Shown here: one piece after another, positions 27,424 through 39,200 of the stretch | Layout: each line of letters opens with the position of its first letter | How positions within the stretch are numbered: position 1 is the stretch's first letter | Assembly (NCBI GenBank): GCA_013265495.1 | Contig: MU058045.1 | Location: 655,986 to 719,985, forward strand | DNA: 64,000 nt | Direction of reading: 5' to 3' | Origin: Vicugna vicugna | Lineage: Eukaryota | Position numbers and translations under genes: made by a program | The notes under the pieces: generated by a model | Databases searched by the model: none | The model's input: the letters and a program-made list of their open reading frames with translations, nothing else | Told to the model about the DNA's origin: nothing

Positions 27424-27782
27424 TGGACAAAGCCTCTTTGCTGGCTCAGGGGATGTGGACACCCTGGTTCACACCTTCATGAGTGGGGCAGGCCTAATCG
27501 ACCACTCAAACTGCAGAGGGTGACAAAAAGTTTATTCTGTACTTCTCGCAGCGTCAGACAGGATAAAACTGGAGAGAGGACCAGGTTTGGAGGTGAAGGG
27601 ACTCCTGTAGCCTGCCTTCCTTTGATGCGAGGGCTTTAGGCTGTTCCCCTGGGAGGACTGCCAAGGCGGCTGGGACGAGGGTGGGGCAGCAGGGCTTGCA
27701 GTGGGGGCCCTCAGGTGAAACAGGTTAGGAAGGGCCCCGGACAGACAGGGATTCTTCTGAGGAGTGAGGTAGAGTGCTTCCT

Positions 27783-29002
27783 TCAGCCAGCCCGGGCAGA
27801 GAAGAAGGGCAGAGAGCGGACGTAGGAGTCCAGTCGAGAGCGGAAGAGCTCACTTTGCACAGTTTAGCCCAGCGGGCACAGGGGATTCTTCACCACTAGT
27901 TCCACATACAGCTGTGGAGGGGGAGGGTGTTAGAGCCAGGCTTTGGAGACTTCTTGTTTTCAACCCCAAATCTAGTATAACCTCAAGGGTATGTGAATGC
28001 ACGGGGATTAAGGGCTGGGAGGCAAACCCTCCTTGGGGAGAAAATGGTGGTGGGAGTATATAAGGACCTAAAGGGTCCCGAGAAAACTGACTTCAATAGA
28101 GAAACAATAAATTAGGATTGGGACAGGAAAGCTGAAGGAATCCTGGGACTCTAAGTGGCCATGGCTGTTGAGGCTTTAGGGGAAGGGTCCAAGGGGCTGG
28201 CACTGACCGCACTGTAGATGTGGTGCAGCACATCTCAGATGGGTCCCACGCCCAAGTCAGTATTCATGACAACCTTGATCCCAGTGGGTGTCTCGTAGTA
28301 ATGGAGTTTGTAACGGCTAGTTTGGAAGGCCAGGAAGCCGTCCTTCCTGCAGAGATGAGGATGTTAAGGAATGGGAGCGTAATCTCTCCCAAAGAGATAC
28401 TTCTGATACCCTCTAGGTTGACTCCCTCTTTAAACAAAATCGTTTGTAGGAGCCTGGGTGAGTAAAGACACCTCCCATCTTCACCCCTCAATTTAGCTCC
28501 TGCACCCAACCTCTAGGTTCAGATCTTCCCCACCACCGTTCCTGCCAGCTTCAGCACTCTCTCTGTCTTCTTACCCTCTAATGTCACTAATGTGACTAAG
28601 TGACTAATGTCACTTCCACTCCAGAAAGTTTCCCCCACCCCCAAATTCCCTCCTTCCCTCAACATCCCCTCAGACTCCACGTACATGTCTAGCGGGGACA
28701 TCTTGCTGACAAACGAGCGGATAGAGAAGAGCATCCCGTACATCAGCTTGTATTCCTGAAGGGAGAGGGGCAGTTAGTTCTCGGTTGTTAAAAAGAGACG
28801 GGGCAGGGGTGGGAACGAGCCAGGGTTGGAGAGGAGGGCTGGTCGGGGCTATGTGCATTTGGATATGCGAGGTCACCCAGGTTGCGCGGGGCCCTCTGAT
28901 CACCTCCTCCTTGGGGATCCCCGCTTCCTTCTTGCGGTGCCACTCGCTGTAATGCAGACACACTCCATTCCGGTCAAACAGGTACAGGTTGTGGACAGTC
29001 AT
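27783..29002 (-). CDS. TRAPPC1: Trafficking protein particle complex subunit 1 (Bet5), 145 aa
   Basis: Exons 29002-28904, 28755-28685, 28346-28208, 27911-27783; 438 nt; [21 protein letters not shown]...LPFFSARAG*. PolyA AATAAA (minus) at 27536-27531. Probable 5' UTR intron starting at GTGAG 29112. Confidence 0.97.
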
Positions 29003-29099
29003 CTGCAGGTCAGAGAATGTGAGCCTCGCTGCGGAACTGCCCACACTCCCTGGGCTCCAGTTCTCAGTCCCGGATCCCTCCAACCAGAGGGGTACCCAG

Positions 29100-29420
29100 C
29101 CCCCGGACTCACCGGAACTACTCGGAATGCCCGTCATTGGATACTTCCGGTTTCGCGGAGCCCCGCCCCCACCATATCCTCACGCTACAGCTCCACCCCT
29201 CTGTCTCCCTCAGCCAATCGTGGCCTCCGGATCTGCGCGTGCGTGTTTAGGCTCGGGCTCCAGAAGTTGAGAGCCGCGGAGAGTTTTCCTGTGCAGGTGA
29301 CGTCATCAAGGCGAGCGAGGCGGGGTTACGGACGGTGGGCGGGAGGCTGCCAATGGTTTTGAGTGCAGGGAAGGGCGCGAGAAAGGGGGTGTCTTGGTCT
29401 TCCTGGACCGGAGTTTAGAG
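29100..29420. promoter_or_regulatory. Bidirectional CpG promoter shared by TRAPPC1 and CNTROB
   Basis: Head-to-head genes; ETS site ACTTCCGG near 29143-29150, CCAAT boxes near 29214 and 29351, full CRE TGACGTCA 29298-29305, GC boxes. Confidence 0.8.
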
Positions 29421-30200
29421 GAAGAGGGCAATCCCTCGTTCCCAACTTGGCAAATTGCAGGGCTGAGGACTGGAAGTGTGGCGAGTAGTCGGAACGGTGT
29501 GGTCGAGGTAGAGGATCTCAGGCTAGGCTTCAGGCCCTGTACATTTTACGGACGTCTGAGGGCGTGATTGAGTGTTCACAGAGATTCTTGCGGGTAGTAG
29601 GGTGGGAGGGATTCTGGGGAGCCTTGCTATGGCTTTCTTGCCAGGAGGGGTCGGAAGGGATGTATGAGAGGGTTGACCCTGGGTAGAACGGGTGCCGTGG
29701 ACGGAGGGTTGTGGGGAGGTGGGGAGCGTGAGCCCAGTAAAGGGCCGATAAGCCAGCTGGACGAAAATTAGGCCCCTGTTGAGTTTGAGTCTGTTTCACT
29801 TTGCATAGTCTGGGTGTGAGAACTTAAGAGCTCGGTTGACCAGTGATAGCCTGTGCCAGAGGTTGATCTGCAGCTTTGGGCACTCTAGAGGAACTGCAGT
29901 GGTGCTGTTGCCCCGCAGTAGGTCTTCTGTCCCCACCCCTTCCTTGCTGCACCCTTCTTTCCCACCATTCCCAGGAGCTACGGAAAGAAAATCCTTTGCC
30001 CTCTCCCATGGCTTCTGGGAAATTTGGAAACCTTTCCTTTAACCAGAAAGCCTCTGTACCTTCATTCAACAAGGATCCTTCACTTGGAGTCTTCCTCCTT
30101 TTTCCCAAATCTTCCTTCTAGTACTTTTCCCCTGGGCTCTCCTAAAGCAGAACCAGGAGTTCCCAGCTTTGCTGTCTGCAGTTGTCTCTTCCCTGTACTC

Positions 30201-33200
30201 ATGGCAACATCAGCTACCAGCCCCAGCTCACCTCTCAGGGCCAAGGATCTCCTGAGTGATTCATCAGAAGCCCCTGGGCTGAACCAAGTGTCCTCTGAGG
30301 TAACCTCCCAGCTCTATGCTTCTTTGCACCTCAGTCGTCAGGCGGAGACTACAGCCCGAGCCCAGCTGTATTTACCCTCCACCTCCCCACCTCCCCACCT
30401 CCTCACGAGGTGTTAGATGGCTTGGCACAAGAGCTGAGTTGCAGCTTGTCGGCTGGACTGGAGAACAACTTGAAGAAAAAGGTGAGGGAGATGTGTCTTG
30501 GGGACCTCTGGGGTCTTGGGATTGGGGATGGTTAAAAAAATTAGCTTTACTGAGGCTTGAACTTCTATTTTTGGATTCCAATTTCCTTTTAACTACATAG
30601 TCAGCCATGCTTGTGCCTGGGAGCAAATGTTTATGAGGGGGAGAGTGGCCTGGGCCACCATAATTTGGAAAATTGTGAAACTTCCTAATATTGTTTGTTT
30701 GCCAGAGACATCTGTGGGATGGGTTGCTGTGCTTTGATTGGGACATGGATGCTGGGAGTGAGGATAAGGTTTCTTCATCCCAGGAGGCAGCTAGGGACTT
30801 AAGGATAGCAGCAACATAGGCTAAGATCCTTCCAGCTCAAAACTATTTTGATTGTATAGCTCAAAATTTGGCATGTAAGTCATTAAAACATAGTTTAATC
30901 AATTATACGTGTTACAGAGAAGGTAGTGTTGGACAGAACAGGTGTCATAACCAAATTGCAGACTAGTTAAGCCTCCCAGAGTTTGAAAAACTGATAGCCA
31001 TGGACTGCAGAGTCTTTAGATAGGGGAAAGGGACTTGCTGTCTAGCTGGCAGGAATCCTCACTATTCTTGTCTTAAGGTGCCCAGTTAATTCATTTACGC
31101 TACTTGTCTGGCTTCTGTGAACATTTGAGTTTCTTATTGGGTCAGTTCTGTTTTTTTCTTGCTTTCCCAGGTGCTACAGTAAAAATTATTGGGCTTTAGA
31201 GGTTACTGGATGCCATCTACCCTGGCAGTAGGTAAAATATGGATTATTGCATCTGATTTCCACATGGCTCTTTTCTAGGATGGTTCCAAGCATATCTTTG
31301 AGATGGAAAGTGTTCGGGGTCAACTCCAGAGCATGCTCCAAACCTCACGTGATGTGGCCTATCGTGAGTAAACCCCTTGCCTATAGAGGAGAATCTAGAT
31401 TTAAGGGATGAGAAAAAGTAGAGAAAGGAAGTGGAGTATGTGTGAGCTGGGGACCTAGACCTCTGAGAAAAGAGACTTCAGGAGGAAAGGCCCCAGTTCT
31501 TTGGGAGAGGGGTGGGAGGAGAGGGTAAAGGGGAAAGGAAGGACCTCTCCTCTCTTCTCCTTCAAGTGGTCCCTGTTCCCATCCTTACCTGACCCTGCCT
31601 GTGGATCCCTCTGGCTGCCTGCAGGGGATGCCCCTACTCCAAGCGCTGACTCGGAGGGACGGGAAGAGGATTCCTTTGACAGTGACTGTACAGCCACCTT
31701 GCTTAAGTGAGTTCTCCTTGGGGTTCTTCTGGCTGGTTCACTTTCTTTCCTGGAAGGCCAAGTGTTCTATCCATTAGTCTCCCTTTACTGCTTTTGTACC
31801 TCTTAGGGACCTAAGATGCTTGTCACTTAGCTTTCAGTTTTCATCCTTTCTCTCCTCTGTTCTATCCACTTTACTCCTTCAGGTAAATGGGTATCTTCTG
31901 CCTAGTACCTGGCTTTCTCGCAGCTTCTAGTCCTTCCTCCTCCAGAGGAGTTAGCTTGTTTCTGCTGAGACTTGTACTTAAGGCAGTATGAGACGGAGGA
32001 GGGAGCACTATAGGGCGAATCACAGAACCTGTGTGCTGTCTGTGGCCCTGTCACTTATCTCTGAGCTTTTGACTTTCGGCAAGTCTCTTGCCCTGAGTTT
32101 CAGTTTCCTCATTTGTAAAACGTCGCAGTCGGACTAGTGGATCTCAAAAGCTTTCCCAACCCTAATATTTTCTACCTGATTTGCTCAGCACCCGGCCGCT
32201 GCAAGACTTGTCTCCATCTAGCTCAGCCCAAGCCCTGGAGGATCTGTTTCCCCGCTATGCCAGCCTTCGGCCAGGGCCCCCACTCAATCCCCCGGATTTT
32301 CAGGGGCTGAGAGAGGCACTGGATTCAGAGCATACTCGTCGCAAGGTGAGATATAAAGCCTTCCTTCTGAAAGCAGCAAAGATTAGAAATAGGGCCGAGT
32401 GCTGGTAGTTAAGAGCCTACCAGCTGGGACTTTGCACACATGGCTCTTGGCTCTTCAGGGAGGCCTTCTTTGACCATCCTGTCTAGAATGGTACACCTCC
32501 CCTCCACGTATTCATTCAGATCATTCTGTTATTCCCTTCATATAGTTTATGAAAGTCTGATAGATCTTGTTTGTTTCTCCCCTCTAAAATCTAAGCTCCA
32601 TGCGGGTCATATCGAATCTTGTTCAGCACTGTCCTCCTAAAGTCTAGACTATACCTAACACATAGAAGTACTCCATACATGTTTGGTGAATGAACAACCA
32701 ACTTTGTTGGCTTGTGCAAAGCTTTTATAGCTATCGGTGAAATAATGAGCTTTATCTCTCTGAGCCCCAGCCTGTCTGAAAGGGACAGAGAGAGGGACGA
32801 GACAGAGGAAAAGTTGAAATCATTGGCTGTGCTGTCATTTTTGAAACTCTTTCTTCCTCTATTTTAAACTGCCGGGGCATGAATGAAAGGTTCTCCCCTT
32901 TCTCCTTGTTCTGTTGAATCATTGTGCCCAATAAGCTTATTAAGGCAGGAATAACTTCCCACTCTGCAGCGTGGGCTGCTGCAGCCCTGCCAAAAGGATC
33001 CTGGAAATTTTTCTCAGGAGATTTGGGAAAGGGAAGAGCCTGGAAGCGAAGCCCCTGCTTCGTGAGGTGGCTGAAGAAGATGTTGGAGGTCTCAGGCCTC
33101 AAGGTTCCTGCTCTAGAATTCCTGATTCTCCTGCTCCAAACCTATTCTGTTCTTGGGACCCAGGCTCCCTGTCTCCAGCCCATTTCCCCATAGAGATGCT

Positions 33201-36200
33201 GGAAAGTTTGGTGCTTTGGTCAGACTAAGGATAGTAACACCTAGACTCCCCACCCTTCTTTTCAGCATTGTGAGCGCCACATTCAGAGCCTGCAGACCCG
33301 AGTGCTAGAGCTTCAGCAACAGTTAGCCGTGGCTGTGACTGCCGACCGCAAGAAAGATATCATGATTGAACAGCTGGACAAGGTGCCAGGGTAGCGGAAG
33401 GTGGGTGGGTCTTTCCATGGGGTGGGGCACCAGTCAATAGTGAATAGGAGGAGTCCACCCAGTGTTTCTTTGTTCACTTTAGGAGCTGGGTATGGGGTGG
33501 GTTTGCTGACTACTGGGAGAAGGTGGCTGTTGACCCTGCTCCTGTGGGTGGAAAGAGGGCAAAAAAATTATTTGAAATTCTGTCTGACTTTCCTCTCCTG
33601 AGACCCTGGCCCGCGTGGTAGAGGGCTGGAACCGGCATGAAGCTGAGCGGACAGAGGTGCTTCAGGGACTCCAGGAGGAACGCCAGGCCGCTGAACTCAC
33701 TAGAAGCAAGCAGCAGGAGGTGGGCAACGTGGATCACGCGGCATTAGAACCTAGTCACTGATGGCTGGGTGGAAGAGGGTAGAAATGGCTCTGGGATCAG
33801 GGTTCCCAACAGATTGACCTCAGTCTTGCAGTAGCGGGCCTGACAGTTCTCCCATTTCTTCTCCCTTCACTGTTTCTGCTGTGAAACTTGCATCATTGAT
33901 CATCTTCCCAGTTTTCCTCACACCACATGGTCTTCTCTTTGGCCTGCAAGTCGTTTAGTTAATTCTTGCCTTTAAAGTTTACGTTGTTAATTATTTTTGA
34001 AATATAATGTACAGGGATTCCCCTCAGTTCCTCTGTCCTGCATTCCTCTCTCCCCGAAAGACAGTAACCCGCCTGGAACAAAGCCTTTCTGAGGCCGTGG
34101 AGGCCCTGAATCGTGAGCAGGAAAGTGCCAGACTGCAGCAACGGGAAAGAGAGACCCTGGTGAGAACGCTGGGCAGGGTTAATTCCAGTAGAGGCTGTTA
34201 ATTACTTCGAGAGGGATATGGGGTTTTGGTGGATTGTGGGAGTTCATAATTTGAGATGCACCAGGGCAAAGTGTGCGTCTAGTTCTGCTAGTTCTGCTAG
34301 ATACACTATAGAAAGTGAGCTCTTTCAAAGTAAGTTTGAAAGACTCTGCAAATTGTACCTGCACTAAAATTATCTGTGGAACTATTGTAAAATATAGATT
34401 TCTGGGACCTTTCCCCAGAGGTTTTGATATATAGGAGGCTGGGGAACCTAAGTATTTTCAGGAATTTTCTAGGTGATTTTGTTCAGCCAGGTTTGGGAAC
34501 TCTGGTCTAGGGCATAGCCAAAAACGGTATGGGATGAGCAAGTTTCTAATTGCTGAAAGGATGAGATGATTACCCCTATGAATTAGTAGCCAGGTTTCGA
34601 ATTTCTTGCATGCATGACACATGCTTGCTACATGCATGCTGTTACTTGTATTCTTAACAGGCTACATCCAAGAATGCTGATGACCTAATTACCTCTCCCT
34701 CATAAAACAAAATAAAATAAAACAGAACAAAACAAAAAAAGAGTGCTGATGATGGCTGCCGATTGGCTAATGCATAGGTGTAGGCTGGATTTTGTAGTCT
34801 TTCTGGAATTTCTTTTGATGATGATGGTGATCGCTGTTGTATGTTGAGTGTTTACTACATGCCAGACACTGTGCTACATGCTTTACATATGCTTTATAAA
34901 TCTTTTGTTTCATTGAAGCACAATATTGTGTCAATTTCATATGCTTTTAACTTTAATCCTTACACAGTAGACTTTACTGTTATGCCCATTTTACAGATTA
35001 GGATGTCTGCCTGAGAACACATAGTAAATGCAGAGTTGGGATTCATCTGAGATTTGACCCCAGATCTACCTAATTCTGGAACAGAAGCTCTTATTTACTA
35101 CATTATAATCCTGCAGGCTTGTTAAGTGTTGCATTTTAATGGATATAATTCTCAGTGGTCACATTGTGTGGGAGTGAGGGGCAGATTGCTGGTCTCTTGA
35201 GGACATGCTAAGGATCTTGGTTTCCTCATGGGGCTATAGGAAGAGGAAAGGCAAGCGCTAACCCTGAGCTTGGAGCTAGAACAGCAGCGGTGCCGGGCCC
35301 TGCAGGACGAACGGGATGAGGCTCGGGCTGGGCAACTCAGTGAGCGTCGACAGTTGGAGACCCTTCAGGTGGCCCTAGAAGAAGAGCGGCAGACCCGGGC
35401 CCAGCAAGAGCATCAGCTTAAGGAACGCTACCAGGCACTGCAGGAGGAGAGCCAGGCTCAGCTGGAAAGGGAGAAGGTAAAAGCGGCAGTTGGAGAATGG
35501 GGAACAGGTTAGGGACAAAATAATTGAATGAGGTGGATGTCAGAATATGTGGCACAGGGACTGGGATGGAGAGGGAAGAGAACTGTATGTGGGAGAGAAG
35601 ATTGAGAGTATAGGGCCTGCAGGAAGGGCTGGGGCATCAAATGCATGGGAGGACGAAGGGTGAGATTAAACAGAGATATCAGGAAATAGGTCAAATGTGA
35701 AGAGAGAGGAAGCTTGGGTTTTAGGGTTTGGAAGGATGAATCGGGGAATTGAGGTAACCAGGAGACAGGAAATGAGGTACGAACTTCAGTTTGATTTCCC
35801 GTTCTTAGGGGAACACCCAGAGGGAGTCGCAGGCAGCCCGAGAGGCGCAGCAGCAGCTGGCCTTGGTGCAGTCTGAGGTGCGGCGGTTGGAAGGAGACCT
35901 GGATACAGCTCGCAGAGAGAGAGATGCCCTGCAGCTGGAGATGAGCCTGGTGCAGGTCAGGAGGCAGAGGGCTCCTGAGGAGCGTTCCTGGTGAGGAGAA
36001 GTGGGTCTGAGGCAGAGGGACTTTTAGGAGTCATGGCAGACACTCCCATTTCTAACTAGAATTTTGACCTTTATGGACCTCTGTTTTTTTGTGTGTAAAG
36101 GGCAAATTAATGAGTTTCTAAGAGACTTTTTTTCCTTATTAATGATTGACTTAAGGAGATACCCAATTTCTGAGTTAGTGAGGCCAGTGTTTGAAAAAAC

Positions 36201-39200
36201 ACACTCTTTACTTTTCACCTCGCCCATTGAATTGGAGGACTGACCACGTGGAGACTCATTTATCACGGAGGGCCAAGGGCAAAGACGTTAGTAAACAATT
36301 CAGTAGCAATTTATAAGCTGCTGTGTCCCCTGAACCGGCGCTAGCTGTGTGTGTGAACGCGTGCATTCAGTAAGCCTGTTGAAGGCCCGTCTATGTTAAG
36401 CTCTGAGTTAGGAGCTGGGAACAGTCCTGGCCAACAGGGAGCTTACCAGCTAGCTGGGAAGTCTGTCTAGTAGTTGTGGTTGCTGGATATGTGGTAAGGA
36501 TATGTTTAGTTTTGTAAGAAATCACCACAGTGTCTTCCAAAGTGACTGTACCGTTTTGTATTTCCAACACCTATGAATGAGAATTCCTGTTGTTCCACAT
36601 TCTCACCAACATTTGGCGTGTCAGTGTTCTGGATTTTGGCTTTTCTAGTAGGTATATAGTACTATGTAGTGAATTTTTTATATCGTCAATTGTATTTTTC
36701 AGCTCTAGAATTTCTATTTTGTTCCTTTTTATAATTTCTATCTCTTTATTGACACTTCCTATTTGTTCTTACATTGTTCTGATTTCCCTTAGTTTGTTGT
36801 CCATATAGTGTCCATAGTTAAGACTCTTGACTTAATGTCTTTGACTAGTAATCCCAATGTCTGGGCTTCTATAGGGAGAGTTCCTGTTAGAGTCTCTTTT
36901 TTCTTTGAATGAGGCATATTTTCCTATTTCTTTGCATGTTTTATAATTTTTTGTTGAAATCTGGATATTTTGAGTACTGTAGTAACTCTGGAAATCATAT
37001 TCTTTCCCTCCTCAGGGATTTCTTTTGATGGCCACAGCCATCTGTTTGTATAGTGACTTTTCCAAATGGTTTTTGCAAATAGTATTTCTTGTTGTGTGTG
37101 GTAATTGACATTTCTGTTCCATTGTCTCTGTGATTATCCTGTGACCTAACAGATTTTCTTAAATGTCTGGGTTCCCCTTCCCCTTGCCCCAAAAATTTTT
37201 TAAAAAGAGTATATATGTCTCTTTAAATCTTCTGATGGATTGAACCAGAGAAGTCTCTGTAGCCCAAGGAGCTCAAAGCAAAAGCAGTTGTCCTCTCTGG
37301 TTCCTCAGGGAACTGCCAGACTGACCAAGACTTGCAGTCCCACATTTTTGGAGGATAAGGTCCTTACTGCCCTTGCTTCAGGCAGCCACTCTAGTAACAT
37401 GGGGCTAGGGATAGGGGATGGTAGCTGGTTCACACACGCAGCTCTCTTACCAAAGTTCAGCAGCCTCTTCCTTCAACAAGCACTCTCCTGGTTGCTTCAG
37501 GCATCTGATCAGGTTTCAGAATTCCCAAATAGTTGATTTTGACAGTTTTTTCTGAGCTTAATGGTTGTTTTGGTATAAGGACTGACCCCTGATGTTTCCT
37601 ACTCTGTGTGACATTACTCTTTTTTTCTTTTTATGTTCACTCTTTTTTTTTAATTCTATTTTTTAAAAGTAAAAAACCACCATGAGACATTATTAATTTG
37701 TTTTATAAAGTCAGTATTCATTTAGAGGTATCCATATAATTTACTACTTTCTTTGCTTTTCTTCCCTTCTTTGAACTCAGACCTTCTGTCTGGCATGTTC
37801 TGCTTGGTGGCAAAATCCATCTTTCTTTCTTCATTCATTCATCTATTCATTTATTAATTTGCTTTTGAAAATGTCTTTATTTCACATTCATTTTTGAAAT
37901 AGTTCCTGGGTGTGAAATTCTAGGCTGGCAGTTATTTCAACATACTGAGAACATCATTCTGGCTTCCATTATTGCTGTTGAGAAGTCAGCTCTCAGTTGA
38001 CCACTCTTGCTTTTGAAACTTTCTCTTTGTAGTTTTTTATCAGGTTTACTGGGGTGTGGTTCATGTATTTTTAAAAAAAAAAAGAAAAGAAAAGAAATTC
38101 TTTTGGGGATTCTTTAGTCTTCTTGCCTAAGTGGAAGTTGTCTTTCTTCGATTCTGGAAAATTCTGTCATTATGTCTGCATATCATTTCTCCTCCATTAT
38201 CTCTGCCATCTCTTTCTGGAATCTGATTGAGTATATTTGAGCCCCTTTCCCTGTATCTATGTTGCTCATCCTCTGTTTTGTATTTTCCATCTTTTGTATT
38301 TTCATGTTCACTCTGGATAATTTCTTGTCTTCCAGTTCACCAATTCTCTGTCAACTTTGTCTAGTCTACTGTTCTATCCACTCATTGAGTTTAAATTTTC
38401 ATGTATTATATTTTTTATTTTACAACTATTATTTTTATTTTCAAATCTTTATTTTTCATAGTTTCTTGTTCTTGATATTTTCAAGTTTGCCTTTGATTAC
38501 TTTAAACTGTTTTATTATCTATAGATGATAATTCCAATTTCCGAAGTGTTTGAGGATCCTTTTCTGTTGTCCCTTGTTTTTGCTGGTTCCCATGGAGTTT
38601 AGTTTCTTTAGGCCCTGTTAATTTTTTACTGTGTGCTGGACCTTGTATTTGAAAAATCATAGTCATAATTTGAGGCCTATAATGAAAGTATTTTGCTCCA
38701 GAGAAAATTTGCATTTGCTTCTACCAAGCCCTGAAAGACACTGTAAGTCCAGGATCAATTTAAACCAAACTTTCCAGGTTGGGATTCCTGGGTGACTCAA
38801 ACTGAGCTTTAATTTTATGTAGACTCTTCCACTCAGGTTCACCTTCACCCTGAGGGTGAAGCTCATTGAAATCTCAGTTTTTTTTGTGGGGAGTATCTCC
38901 AGTTAGACTCTGTAACTGAAGTGGGCCTTGGCCTTTGATTTCTGTTCATTTGCTTTTGAAAGGCAGTCAAAACAAAGGTTTCAATTTCCTAGGATAGGGC
39001 AGATAACCCCAAGGTAAAAATGGCTACCTACCACACTTGCTAAGCTGGCCAGGCTCCCATTTTTCCTTTACTTTGGCCTAGTAATTCCGTACTATTTCGT
39101 TACCTCTTTGATGCTTTTTAGGAAGGTACAGATATAGATATAGATATAGATATAGATTTAGATTTTTTTTAGTATTTTATTCAGTTTGTTTGTTTTTGTT

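Noticed and set aside
34607..34638. Three TGCATG (RBFOX) motifs in CNTROB intron 7
   Set aside because: Part of a short CATG-rich patch far from exon boundaries; no supporting evidence from sequence alone.
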